This document shows, one piece after another, positions 13,933-31,489 of a DNA stretch of 64,000 nt (positions are counted from its first letter, which is position 1; each line of letters begins with the position of its first letter). Source of the DNA: the human T2T-CHM13v2.0 reference genome, Homo sapiens; NCBI RefSeq assembly GCF_009914755.1, contig NC_060935.1; one strand, written 5' to 3'. Position numbers and translations under genes: made by a program. The notes below the pieces were generated by a model. It had not been told where the DNA came from. It did no database searches and saw nothing but the letters and a program-made list of their open reading frames with translations.

Positions 13933-16041
13933 AAAATGAGAACAACATGTTTCTATTATCATCCAGAAGATTCCACGAAGGAGGGCAAATAAAGTGTGGT
14001 CACCCTCAGTGCCTGGCACAAAGTAAATACCCATGGTAGGTGTGAAGAGGATACATCAGGTGGGATGAAATGCTTCCACAAAGAGGTGCCAGCCATCATC
14101 TCCATAGTGATAGAGACAGCACATGCTGCTAATCTTATACTCCTGGGTTCACTAGCAGCTTCCGGTGATCACACATTCCTTGCCCAGCCTCAGACACAGG
14201 CGGGACCCCAGGCAGCTCGCTGCATGACGGATGCCTCATGAGCTTCCTGGCCATGCCAGTCAAGGTCCAGACGCCAGCACACATGTGCAAGGTGGAGGCA
14301 AATGCGGAATCTGACCGCACTGACAGCGGGCCGCTTCCAGGGGATGGAAACAAGCAAATGGGTGAAGCCAAAGCATGAATTCAGAGGGTGCTCTTCACCT
14401 GGAAGATAATCCAGAAGGTTCCATGGGGAAAGGAGACCCAGAGGAGTGGGGAGGGCTGCTGCTGAGGGTCTGTCACTGGCCTGGGAGATGACGGATGGCA
14501 AGATATGCTAGCTTCATTTAAAGGACCGGCAACATGGAAAGCCTAAAAGGATGGGGCTGGGGCTGAGGCAGGGAGAGGCTGGGAAGGGGGTGCAGAGGGG
14601 GAGGGGAGGGAGCGGGCACTCCTGGGCCTCCTGGGATTGTGTGAATAGGGCACAGATTTGGGTCAGGCCTTCCCAATTAGCCTTGAAAGGGAAAAACAAT
14701 CTCCACAGGCCTGAAAGGAAGAACAAAAAGAGGAAGAGAGAAACTAGGAGAATACCCTAAAGAGTTGCTGACGACTGCTCTGGCCTTGAAAATGCAGGGA
14801 GTATGGTAATCTAATAAACACAGCAACAAAGCATTTGTCACCAAGCTAATTTTATTAGAACAGATCTCAAATGGCTAATTTCCTTTTACTAATGAGCAAA
14901 TTAGTTGAATCTCTGATCTGCTTTTAAGGCATTTATGTTAATAAAACATGAACGACAGTGAAATTTGTTGTGAGATGCAATGACATGTGCATTTGGGTTT
15001 AAGGGCATCTCCAGGCTTAGAGAGTTTTTCTAACGTGGCCTTGCCCAGAGGTGTCTCTGCTCTGTGCCGTCCAGCTTGGAGCCCAGCCCGGCCTGAGGGA
15101 GGCAGGATGTCAGAACTGATGGAGGCAAGGAGCCCAAGGGACCAGCCTGGAGAAGGAGCTCTGAAGAGGGGCCTGGCTGGGCAACAGGGGAGAACTACAC
15201 TTCTGGAAAGGCCCCTAAGCGGGGCCAGGGTGGCCTCAAACTTTCAGCAAAGCTCCCTTGAGGATGGGTTTACCCCCTGCCTGCCCCATCCTCCCTCTAC
15301 CTCCAGGGTCCTATGCAGTGTGTGCACGGAAGTATTTCCCAGGACTTTCCCAGCCCCCTGTTGATCCAGGCTAGCTCACACTAAAGCTGCAAACCTTTTC
15401 TCCAAACCATCTTTCCAGGGCCGGAGTTGGCACTCTTGACTCCAGCTCTTCAAGTTAGGGATGCAGGTGCCTGGCAGAGCAGGTGGGGCAATGGACCCTA
15501 TGCAAAGGGGCTTTGGCTGGGCTTTGATCTGGCCAGTATTTATTACAACCAGCCAAGGCAGGCCTGGGAGAACTCTGTTTATGTGGCAGGGTTGATTGCC
15601 ACCTAGAAGAACGTGTACAGGAGGGCCCTGGGCCAATCAGAGCCTAGGGACGTTGTCTTCAATGCTTTGAGCTGAGAGGAGGTGGAAAGGATCTCCTGCT
15701 TGCTACGGTGGCATGCTTGATGTTGGCAGAGAGAGAAAGCCCAGGAAAGTGCCCCTGCGTAGGACCAGACACAAGGGCTATAAGGTGGTTGGGAACAAGT
15801 TGGCAAATACAGAACCTCCCCATGCACCAACCAGCCTTTGCAAAGAAAGGGGAGAAGGAATTCCTGTGAAGGGGATCCAGGACCAGGCTGTCTCCCTGGC
15901 CCAGCACATGCTGTAGTACATGCTTTATGCCCTGAAGGGCTTGAGAGAGCTGGGGGACTGGAGTGGTAAGCCCTGAGAAGCTGCCCCAACAGTGAACCTG
16001 ACTTAAAGGCCCTCAAAATGCCCAATAGAAGGCTGAGAACT

Positions 16042-16600
<559 letters not shown>

Positions 16601-18456
16601 GTGTTCCGTTATTTCTGCTGGCTGAGTTGTAGGAGATGCTGCCCCTTTTAGGCCATGCCAAAAGCATGAAAACAACAGACAAAACAAGAGGCACAGGGAC
16701 TCCCAGGTCACAGGTTTGAATACCCTCATATTGAACTGCTTAATGAAAAGGGCAGCCTCAGGAGGAGAGAGTGTCTCATCACCAAAAGCAAGCAAGTATC
16801 TGGCAGGGATGCCCCAAGGACCCTCAGTTCCCTCTGGGTACTGCCATGCAAGCTGCCCTTGTCCAACACCTGCTGGAAGTCACATGTACATACCACCACC
16901 CAGATGCCCTGGAGTAGTTTCCAGTTCTGCAGCCCTCATCCTAGGAGGGGCTCCCTGCATCCAGCACAAATCCAGCTCCACAAACTCTCAAGGTATGAAG
17001 TACAATAGGAACAGTACCAGGGGGTCAGATGTGCAACAGACTGAGGGTTTGCAACACAGTCCGTGGGCCATGTTCCTCCATGCAAGTCAATAGCCCTAAC
17101 CTGCAGCGGAAGCCACAGCCACGACCTCTTCGGGCTCCCAGCGTCTCTGCACATGTCAGCCACTCCCCCATCCTGTCCATGCCTCTCCTGCTGCCCACGC
17201 AGTCCCCAGGGCCACCTCTCTGAAGTGCTCTGGCCTCATTCATTATTCAGCCATTTCCTCAGTTCAGAGGCCCTAGGGACAGAGGGTTGGCTGTTTGTTC
17301 GCTCTTTCATCTCCCAGGTTGTGTGAAGAATGCAGAAACGCTGGGCTGGTGTCCAAGATGCCAACAAGAGGCTCTCAGTCCTGGGTCTGTGGGAGCCCTC
17401 ATGCTGTATGCTCCAGGGCCCAACCCTCACAAGACTGTGCCCACTGGAATTACCCCACTGCCAGAGCATGTCCCCCTGTACATCACTGCCAGAGCAGGGT
17501 GGGGGCTCTGACCCCCACCCTGGGGAGCCACCACTCCACCCACCAATGCCCCATCCCTGCTTCTAAGTGACAGTGGAGCTGCGATTTCATCCCACCATGT
17601 CGAAGTCCAAGTGCCAGCTCTTTACAAGCAGTGAGTGGCCAGACCTGACTATTCTGTAAATAGCATGTGAGTCACCCAAGAATGAGCTTTGGACTGAAGG
17701 CAGCAGCAAAGCCTTTGCAAAGGCAGAGGGAGAAAGACTCCTCCTGAAACGATGTCAAGATACATGCCCACTCTAAAGCCAACACGGGAACCCGCTCAGT
17801 GTTTGTGCAGCCCTGATTCTGTGGGCTGCGTGGCAGGGGGTCGGGAGGCACAGGTCCTTCTAATGGTGCCACATATCATGGGACATGCGTATGGAGCCGT
17901 GACATTGCACTTCTTCCCTCCCAGGCTGCAAGTTCCTCTTTAGTCACTCAAGTGCCCCTGCCAAGAGGTACCAACCAGAAACTTAGCCTTCAGTCACCTG
18001 AACAAATACCAGGGTTGAGGGAGAGGAGAGATACAGGGTCAAATTACCAGACCCCCAAATACTCCTTATCCCTTTGCCTGTCTTGGATCATTTCCCCACA
18101 GCTTTGACCCTCCCACAAGATCAAAACTGGAGCCATCCATACACATCTCCAGCAGTCTAGAGGTGGATACATCTCCAGCAGTCTAGAGTTAGATGGGCCA
18201 GGATGAGGAGATGGGGCCAGCCTGGGCTGCCCCCCAGGCAGGTGGAATGATAACCACCATGGGCTCCCCGCTGCCTCAGACAGGGGAGGGTGCAGGATAG
18301 ATGTGCCCCCAGCAGGGATGGCTCCCCATCATCTCTCCTGCCCCTGCACCCAGCACTTCAGAATCAGGCCAGGACTGTAGCCATGAACTGAGTTTTTGTC
18401 TCCCCTCTACAAAGACCCATTTCAGAAACAACCAAAGGGAACGTTAAAGAAGTCTC

Positions 18457-18515
18457 TCGCACCACTGCACTCCAGCCTGGGCGACAGAGCAAGACTCTGT
18501 CTCCAAAAAAAAAAA
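18457..18515 (+). mobile_element. Severely 5'-truncated Alu (~48 nt plus A tail)
   Basis: tcgcaccactgcactccagcctgggcgacagagcaagactctgtctc plus A13; TSD aagtctc at 18450-18456 and 18516-18522. Confidence 0.88.
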
Positions 18516-19099
18516 AAGTCTCCTGGTGAAGCCACCAAGGGCAGAGTGGAGGGAAGACAGGGTGCCAGGGATAACTGCACCTTTGGATCTCAAAATATAG
18601 ATTTCCTCATAGAAATCTAGGGGCCCCTGAGGGCACCCAGGAGACCTAGGACCAGGTGAGGGCATCAGACAAGATCTCAAAAGTGTGACTTTTTTGTTGA
18701 CTCCTACAGCCCAGGCTGCTTTCTCAGGACCTGCCTCCCGGGCCGCGTTCCTTCCCTGGCTCTCTTCTGTGCTTCCCACAGAAAGGCCTGGTCTTAGCAC
18801 AGAGGTTGAGGTGAGAATTCTGGCTTCTGACAGGCCAGAAGAGATGATGCTAGCCTATTCAAGACTTTGTGGAGGTCCTGGCTGGGTGGGCATAGAGATC
18901 TGGAGCTTTGCAGAGGGCAGGAGCTGGAGACCCTCACCTGGGCCTTCCTAACGACCCCAACCTTCAAGCCCCAGGAGTCCTGAATTTAATAATACACTGT
19001 ATCCAGGAATAATATGATTAGCTCAGCCTAGTCTGGCCTTCAGGGTCTAATCACGTACGCTTACCCCCGCCACACTGTTCCCTGCCAGAGCCGCTCCCT

Positions 19100-20005
19100 C
19101 TCTCCTTTACCAATACTCATTTTACTCTCAAATCCTCCCATGTTCAAGAATCAGCTGAAGTCCCACCTGGTCCAAGAAGCCCATTTCTTCTCTCCAGCCA
19201 CTGTTGATTCATCCTTTTCTATCAGCCCAAAACATGTATTTTGGCACTTGACCGTATCCCATCTGGCAGTTCATTACATACTTTTCTTATACCTTTTCCC
19301 CATTTTTCATATACGTTGTTGGTCACATGTCTCCGGCCAGGCTGATGGTAGGGAGCCTTTCTCTTCCCTAAGATTCCCCAGCACACAGCCCACACCTCTT
19401 CACACGGCCACCCACCTCTGCCCAGACTACCACCATCACGCTATGCTGCTCCAGTCCATCCTGTGCAACTCTGCTCAATAATTGTCCTCAAGCAGCACTC
19501 TCATCATGCCATCTCCAGCTCAAAATCCATCCGCAGCTCCTCACTGATAATTCAGCAAAGCCCAGACTTGGACTTCCAGGTCCTCCATGACATGGCGCAA
19601 GCTCTGCCCAACGTTTCTCTATCATCCCTCTTCCACCTACACTGCATGCATCAAATACACTGATACCTCACCCAGTTCCCAGATACAACACCATTTCTTG
19701 TCTGGTGGCCTTCCTCATGCCATTCTTGCCACCTGGAACAGTCTTTCCTGCCACTGCCATTTATCAATTTCTTACCCATAGTTTGAGATTGGGCTCAGAC
19801 ACAAACTGCCCCCACTCAGGTCCACGCCAAGAAAAGGTTGCTCTCACCCCTGAACCCATGCTCCTCCTGGTACCTCCCTTAGGGTGTTGAACCGTGGCCT
19901 GCTTCTTTTCACACGGCCTTCCTATGCACTTGCATGTGCCCCTCCATGAGTGTAAACAACTGGGACAAGGACTGTCCTGTATCTCCACAATCCAGCAAAA
20001 GGAGG
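19100..20005 (+). mobile_element. L2 fragments
   Basis: ttcaagaatcagctgaagtcccacctggtccaagaagcc; gccattcttgccacctggaacagtctttcc. Confidence 0.55.
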
Positions 20006-20013
20006 TCACCAAG

Positions 20014-20406
20014 TGTCTTAGTCAGCTTGGGATGCTATGACAAAATACCATAGACTGGATGGTGTCAACAACCAACATTTATTCCTCATATTTCTAGAGA
20101 CTGGGAACTGCACACTCCAGGTGTCAAAAGATTCAGTTCTTGGTAAGAGCCCTCTTCTTGGCTTACAGATGGCAGCTTTCTCACTATATCTTCAAATAGT
20201 GGAGAAAGAGAGAGCTCTGGTCTCTCCTCTTCTTATAAGGACACTAATCCCATCATGGGGGCCCCACCCTCATGACCCCATCTAAACCTAATTACCCCCC
20301 AAAGAAAGGCCCCATCTCCAAATACCTTTACTTTGGGGGTGTGGGGGTGGAGGGGTAGGGCTTCAACACATGAATTTTGGGGGACACAAACATTCTGTCC
20401 ATAACC
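20014..20406 (-). mobile_element. MLT1A-type MaLR solo LTR
   Basis: tgtcttagtcagcttggg...aataccatagactgg...gggggacacaaacattctgtccataac; 5-bp TSD ccaag at 20009-20013 and 20407-20411. Confidence 0.88.
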
Positions 20407-20971
20407 CCAAGCCTTTCCTGCTTTCTCACATTTCCCAATATTTTCTTAAAGATAATCCAAGAGACTGGGTCAGGAGTTAGTCACTGGGAAAAGTACAGTG
20501 CCATCAGATGTAGGACAGATGTCCCCTCACTGTGGTCAGTGGGAGGGGGAGTACCTCTCAGTTGCTGGCTTCAAGTCCCAACCCCACCACGGACCTCAAA
20601 GCAGGTCAGCAATTGGTCATAGAGATAGGGTCACCCATCTTCCTTTCTCAGCCCTCTGGGGTTCCTGTTGATAGGATACCAGGTTTGTGGGGAGATGGGG
20701 GATTCATGGGCCTGTATGCCAGCATTCCTTGGATTCTAGAGCTGAAGGGGGCTAAGAAAAGGCAGGACAGAGGTTACACCAGCACCCATGTGGCTGCTCA
20801 GGGCCATATGTTCTGAACGAGAATCTTCTAAGCCTGGGCAGCTGGCACATGATCAAGCATATGGCAGGATCCATGAGGCCCTTCCTAACCGTCCACCTCC
20901 TCCTGCCAAGTCAGTTATTCCTCCCTGCCATCCATCCCCACAACCCCTGTCTTTCCCCACCCTAAAAACAC

Positions 20972-20977
20972 TGCGCG

Positions 20978-21046
<69 letters not shown>
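20972..21046. repeat. (CG)n-(CA)n microsatellite, 75 bp of purine/pyrimidine alternation
   Basis: tgcgcgcacgcgcgc followed by ~30 CA units. Confidence 0.97.
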
Positions 21047-21047
<1 letters not shown>

Positions 21048-22249
21048 AATGGCCTCATCTGGACAGTCTACTCAACCTGAAATAGGCTAGAACCATAAAG
21101 AAAACACGGAACACTCAAAAACGCCAAACCAGGAGTCCAAAGGCCTGGACAAGGGAGAGCCCCTTCTCCAAATCCCAGTTTCCTCACCCGGACACCCTGC
21201 AAAACACTATGCATAATCATCTCCCTGAGGACCAGAAGGGGGGCACTGCCCTGGGCACTGCGAAACTGAGCTGCGGCCCCTGTTCTGCATAAACAGCAAG
21301 TTTCACCCCAAGTTTCTTTATCTGTAAAAGGAGGTAGTTGACTTTCCCCTCTGCAGTCCCTCCCACCCTACATCCTGTGTGCCCCCTGATAGTCTGAAGT
21401 CCCAGCCTGCCCTGCCTCCAAGGTTGTTTGAGAATCACATGAGTGTGAATGTGGAGGTGCAGAAAAGTCTGTGAACAAAGAGGATGTCCGCAGAAGCCGG
21501 GGTGGGAGGGAAGGAGAAGAACCCCGCCTGGTCTCAGCCCTGCAGTGGGACATGGCAGAGTCCTGGCTGGCTGGGCCAGTCTTCTCCCAAAGACCTGCAC
21601 TATCTTGCTGATCATAGCAGATTTGCAGCTGTCTCCGTTTGAGTTGGAAATGGTGGGCTTTTTGTAGTTTTCCATTTAAGAGCTTCAGACCCCTCCTCTG
21701 CTTTTTTCCTTATTAAAGTTTCTCTCGCCGGCTTATGTAATATCCAAAAACCAATTGCTTATTTTCATGTCTGCTTAGAAATGAAAGTGGGACTCAGAGG
21801 GGAGCCTGCAGGCCAGGAGGCAGCCCCAGGCTGAGCCAGAGGCACCGGGAGGGAGAAGACCAGGCAGCTGGCTTCGGAGCTGGGTTGTAAAGGAGCTGAG
21901 TGCTTGCGGTCTCCCAGGGCCTAGGGGTTGGAAAAGGCCCCCAGAGCTGAGCTCTCAGTTGACAGGGCCACTCTTCCTCTCCTCTGCTCTCCTTCACCCC
22001 CAAAAAGGGCCTGGAGCACCGAGCCCTCTTGAGGCCACAGCTCAACCAGTGGAATGGGGCTGAATCAGCCTATTCCAGCAATAGTCGGTCCTAGAAAGAA
22101 AGCAATTCGAGTTCATCTGCAAGCTGCTCACACACCCCTGCAACTAACTCCCCATGGGGCCTGCGTTCCAAGGAGGCTCTGTAGTAAGGCATGGTTGGGC
22201 CTAGAGATCCAAGAGGGAACCCTCAGAAAATTCTAAAGAGACACAAACA

Positions 22250-22470
22250 AAAAACGCTCTGGCAAAACTGTAGAGACGGTAAAAAGATCTGTGGTTGTCA
22301 GGGGTTCTGGAGGGAGGGAGGGAGGGATGGAGCACAGGGGACGTTCAGCGCCGTAAAATGATTGTGCCCTGTGAGCAGGACAGGAGGAGTCATATTCATA
22401 TAGGAACTCTGTCCTTTTCACTCAGCTGTACTGTAAACCTAAAACTGCTCTAAAAAAAAAAAAAAAAAGT
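22250..22470 (+). mobile_element. L1MC-type 3' end
   Basis: ggcaaaactgtagagacggtaaaaagatctgtggttgtcagggg...ctgtaaacctaaaactgctctaaaaa. Confidence 0.75.
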
Positions 22471-22475
22471 CTGTC

Positions 22476-22778
<303 letters not shown>

Positions 22779-22794
22779 TTAATTAAAACAAACA

Positions 22795-22915
22795 AATATT
22801 TATAGCCCAAACTTAGAAACAACCCAAATGCCCTCCAACCAGTGAATGTTTAAACTAAATTGTGTTACAGGTATAGCGTGGACTACTACTCAGCAATAAA
22901 AATGAGTGAACCATT
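22795..22915 (+). mobile_element. L1M ORF2 3' fragment
   Basis: atagcccaaacttagaaacaacccaaatgccc...actactcagcaataaaaa. Confidence 0.65.
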
Positions 22916-23870
22916 CACACCATTCACACAAACACACACACTCCTGGGTTCTAGTAACAGAGCCACTTACTGATGTGCTGCATGATCCTAGGCAAATCAC
23001 TTGCAGTTTCTGGGCCTGAATGTGGCTCCCAGGGAAACCTTCTCACTCCGGCCCATCTCACTGCCTCACTCTTGTCCAATAGGACAAGACAAAAGCTAAA
23101 TTCCACACCTTTCTTGCCTCCCTAGAAAGAATAAGCTCTCCACAGCCCCTGGTTCACTGGCAGTGCTGGTGACTTACCCCTCCCAGCCGACAAGCACCCA
23201 GGGCTTTTTCTCTAGCCCAGTTCAGCCTGGGCCTGGCTCTGCGGGACCAAGAGTCCAAGAGTCAGCAGAATCAGCCACCTTCCCTGCCTGACAAGGCTCC
23301 AGCTACCCTGGAGTTCAACTCCTCACCTTCCCCTCCTGCACTTGCCCTTCTCTGCTCTCCTGAGTTGTCCATACATTACAAGGAATGCAATACCCTTTTT
23401 TTAAAAAAAAAGCCATTTTGCTCTGAACTAACAGAGTCAGGCCTCATTGTTCCCAATATCGCCAAGCAATTTCTGAGCTAGGGGAGTGTTGAATTGGAGC
23501 AGGAAGATGGGCAATTGGGCAGGGTCAGCTGACACAAGTGGGTCTGGAGAGCTTCAGGGAGCAGGGGAGGAAGGGCTTCGCTTGGGATTAGGAAAGAAGG
23601 ATACTGGAGTCTCCAGAGTTGTCAGCAGAGGTGATACCCTGATATTTCCTGTCTCTGGGCTTCCTGCCCCACTCATTGGGCTCAACCCTGGGTTCACCTG
23701 GGATGTAACTTCTTTACCAATTGCTCTCCTTTAAATAATGCTGACCTGCTCTAATATCTCAACTCTCTTTCCTGCAATTGCTACAGCAGAAATTCCAGGC
23801 AATGTGAGTTTGAGAGTCTCTAGGACCACGAAGATGTTGCCCAATCTCTGACGGCCCAAGGATTGCCACA

Positions 23871-24077
23871 CATGCTTCAAGGCAGCGCTCCCGGGTCCCT
23901 CCTTCAGCAAAGCCCTGGCCCAGCTCTGAATTAATTGCCCCCCGCCTTGGCTACCATGACATCTGTGCTCTCGCACAAATTTAGCACCTATCACATTCAC
24001 TTAGTCCCTAGGCCACATGACACAAACGCGGCTGGAGCTCTGCAAGTTAATGCCCTAATGCTATTATAAACTACATT
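23871..24077 (+). repeat. Copy 1 of an old duplicated non-coding module
   Basis: 23994-24077 aligns to 32013-32097 at 64/85 columns by hand; shared upstream catgcttcaa. Confidence 0.75.
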
Positions 24078-24292
24078 TGTGAGCAGGGACCACATTTATC
24101 TATCTTTATTTCTTCAGTCCCAAATACTGTTCCAGACACATAGTTGGGACTTAATAAATGTTAAATGAACAGAACACTCTGGTGGCTTGCTATACAACTC
24201 TGGGCACAACGTTGACTGGCTGACACCAATTATCTAAAGGGACATCAAAACACTCTTAGGAGAAGGAAATTCATTTCCCACAACCTGCAGAA

Positions 24293-24489
24293 CAGAGATG
24301 TCCAGTAGAACTCTGTGATGAGGGGAATGTCCTATATCTGCTCTGTCCAATACCTGGCCACTAAGAACACAGGGCTGTTGAAAACCTGAAGTGTGGCTAG
24401 TGTGACTAAGGAACTGAATTTTTTAATTTTAGTTAATTTCCAATTAAATAACCACATGTAACTGGTAGCTACCAAACTGGACAGCATAG
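24293..24489 (+). mobile_element. MER3 (hAT-Charlie MITE)
   Basis: tgtccagtagaactctgtgatgaggggaatgtcctatatctg...gtggctagtgtgactaaggaactgaattttt...ctggacagcatag. Confidence 0.8.
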
Positions 24490-24569
24490 TTCTAGAAAAA
24501 GGCGTCTCTGAAGAGGGGGCTGGCAACTTGTAAATGACATGAACATGAAAGCTTCTAACAGCTTGGTGT

Positions 24570-24790
24570 CACAGCACTGGACAGCAGCTATGAGCATGGG
24601 CTCTGGAGCCACGTGGTCTGGGGTTCGAATCCAAGTTGCCAGCAAATGTGTTAACCCTCTGTGCTTCTGTTCCTCATCTGGATAACAAGAATAGTATTTA
24701 CCACATGGATTCCTATTAGGGTCAAATAAATGAGTCAATACACTGAAATGGTGCCTGGCACATAGTAAGTACTCAATAATTATTAACGGT
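24570..24790 (+). mobile_element. MIR
   Basis: ggctctggagcc...gggttcgaatcc...gtgcctggcacatagtaagtactcaataa. Confidence 0.8.
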
Positions 24791-25242
24791 ACATAGCAAG
24801 CAGGCAGAAATGTTTGTTGAGTTTGAACGTGCATATACAAATGAATATTTGCTAATACTTATTGAATATTTACCAAGTGTCAAGCACTGTGTTAAGAACT
24901 TGACAATAGAAAAAAGACAGCAGTAACCTCTGCAGACTTAAATGTCCCTCTCTGACAGCTTTGAAGAGAGCAGTGGTTCTCCCAGCACGCAGCTGGAGAT
25001 CTGAGAACCGGCAGACTGCCTCCTCAGGTGGGTCCCTGACCCCTGACCCCCAAGCAGCCTAACTGGGAGGCACCCCCCAGCAGGGGCACACTGACACCTC
25101 ACACTGCAGGGTATTCCAACAGACCTGCAGCTGAGGGTCCTGTCTGTTAGAAGGAAAACTAACAAACAGAAAGGACATCCACACCAAAAACCCATCTGTA
25201 CATCACCATCATCAAAGACCAAAAGTAGATAAAACCACAAAG

Positions 25243-26259
25243 ATGGGGAAAAAACAGAACAGAAAAACTGGAAACTCTAAAACGCAGAGCACCTCTCCTC
25301 CTCCAAAGGAACGCAGTTCCTCACCAGCAACGGAACAAAGCTGGATGGAGAATGACTTTGACGAGCTGAGAGAAGAAGGTTTCAGACGATCAAATTACTC
25401 TGAGCTACGGGAGGACATTCAAACCAAAGGCAAAGAAGTTGAAAACTTTGAAAAAAATTTAGAAGAATGTATAACTAGAATAACCAATACAGAGAAGTGC
25501 TTAAAGGAGCTGATGGAGCTGAAAACCAAGGCTCGAGAACTACGTGAAGAATGCAGAAGCCTCAGGAGCCGATGCGATCAACTGGAAGAAAGGGTATCAG
25601 CAATGGAAGATGAAATGAATGAAATGAAGCGAGAAGGGAAGTTTAGAGAAAAAAGAGTAAAAAGAAATGAGCAAAGCCTCCAAGAAATATGGGACTATGT
25701 GAAAAGACCAAATCTACGTCTGATTGGTGTACCTGAAAGTGATGCGGAGAATGGAACCAAGTTGGAAAACACTCTGCAGGATATTATCCAGGAGAACTTC
25801 CCCAATCTAGCAAGGCAGGCCAACATTCAGATTCAGGAAATACAGAGAACACCACAAAGATACTCCTCGAGAAGGGCAACTCCAAGACACATAATTGTCA
25901 GATTCACCAAAGTTGAAATGAAGGAAAAAATGTTAAGGGCAGCCAGAGAGAAAGGTCGGGTTACCCTCAAAGGGAAGCCCATCAGACTAACAGCGGATCT
26001 CTCGGCAGAAACCCTACAAGCCAGAAGAGAGTGGGGGCCAATATTCAACATTCTTAAAGAAAAGAATTTTCAACCCAGAATTTCATATCCAGCCAAACTA
26101 AGCTTCATAAGTGAAGGAGAAATAAAATACTTTACAGACAAGCAAATGCTGAGAGATTTTGTCACCACCAGGCCTGCCCTAAAAGAGCTCCTGAAGGAAG
26201 CGCTAAACATGGAAAGGAACAACCGGTACCAGCCGCTGCAAAATCATGCCAAAATGTAA
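25243..26259 (+). CDS. LINE-1 ORF1p (coiled coil, RRM, CTD), intact 338 aa
   Basis: MGKKQNRKTGNSK...REKG...ARR...YPAKLS...LQNHAKM. Confidence 0.95.
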   Translation: MGKKQNRKTGNSKTQSTSPPPKERSSSPATEQSWMENDFDELREEGFRRSNYSELREDIQTKGKEVENFEKNLEECITRITNTEKCLKELMELKTKARELREECRSLRSRCDQLEERVSAMEDEMNEMKREGKFREKRVKRNEQSLQEIWDYVKRPNLRLIGVPESDAENGTKLENTLQDIIQENFPNLARQANIQIQEIQRTPQRYSSRRATPRHIIVRFTKVEMKEKMLRAAREKGRVTLKGKPIRLTADLSAETLQARREWGPIFNILKEKNFQPRISYPAKLSFISEGEIKYFTDKQMLRDFVTTRPALKELLKEALNMERNNRYQPLQNHAKM

Positions 26260-26295
26260 AGACCATCGAGACTAGGAAGAAACTGCATCAACTAA

Positions 26296-30150
<3,855 letters not shown>

Positions 30151-30500
30151 ACAATGAGATCACATGGACACAGGAAGGGGAATATCACACTCTGGGGACT
30201 GTGGTGGGGTGGGGGGAGAGGGGAGGGATAGCATTGGGAGATATACCTAATGCTAGATGACGAGTTAGTGGGTGCAGCGCACCAGCATGACACATGTATA
30301 CATATGTAACTAACCTGCACAATGTGCACATGTACCCTAAAACTTAAATAAAAAAAATATATATATATATATATATAATTACCATTGTAAAAAAAAAAAA
30401 AAAAAAAAAAAGAATTTGACAATAACCCTAAGAGTTATGATCATCGACATATTGAAAGCAAGAAACTGAGGCTAAGGAGGTGAGGTGAATGCCCAGATTT

Positions 30501-30641
30501 CACAACTGGGGGGTGGGTGCTACTGGGATCTAGTGCATAGAGGCCAGGGAAGCTGCTAAGCATCCTACAGTGTGCAGAACGCTCCCCAGCAAAGAATTAT
30601 CCAGCCCCAGAAGTTAACAGTGCTGAGGTTGAAAAACTCTG
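30501..30641 (+). mobile_element. MER20 (hAT-Charlie) partial
   Basis: gtgctactgggatctagtgcatagaggccagggaagctgctaagcatcctacagtg...aacagtgctgaggttgaaaaactctg. Confidence 0.82.
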
Positions 30642-31489
30642 GTCTACAGCCTCCTAGACAGAAATCACAGATAGTTACCATTTGCCACATGAAAGAGCTA
30701 TGTGCCAGCACTGCAGAGGGCAGGGGGAGGTGCTTGAAAAACAGTCCCCACTCTGGAGACATTTGTGGTGAAATTGCACCAATGCAAGATTAGGAAAGAG
30801 AGGAGGAGGTGCCAGGGGGCTGAGTCACCTGAGATGACAAAGGGAAGGGGTGAAATCACTGTCTTTTCACAAGTGAGAAGCACAGAGGGTGGAGGAAGGG
30901 CCCAGAGCCAGAGACAACGTGGATCAAAAGCATGGAGCTCCTGGAGAGGCCACTCTCTGGACCCCGGTTTTGTACAAAGCATGAATGACACAGCCTGCTC
31001 CTCCATCTGATGGAAAGTTGCCCAACCTCCAATAGGTCAGCATGTCAACAAGATGCCATCATCAACATCACTACTGTTTATAGAGCACTTACTATGTGTC
31101 AGGTACTGCACTGAGGGCAAAATCTCATTTAGTCTAATATCAACCCTCTTTCCCAAGTAACATGGCTAGCCCCAGACTGCCAGAATCTAGAGCACCAGCT
31201 CTTAACCACCATGCTGTGCTTGCTGTCTTGGCATCAGATGGGAGAGTGGGCAAATGGATGAGAGAGGCCCACACCATGCTCTGCCCCTCCACATGGCATG
31301 ATTAGACAGCCTGCCTGCCCTTGCCATGTGTTTTCACTCATCCCCTGACCTGCTGCATAAACTGTAAGGGTCTCCCAGGCTCTACCACAGTGTCTGGCAT
31401 ACAGCAGGTGCTCAACACACATTTTTTGAAGTGAACTGAAATGAGAAGGTTGGCTCCTTGAGCTCCATGGATAGAAGCTAAAGTGACAG

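Noticed and set aside
14581-14616. G-quadruplex-capable G runs
   Set aside because: Common in GC-rich isochores and no context suggesting function
21230-21250. CTCF-like ccagaaggggggcac
   Set aside because: One G too many for the core register
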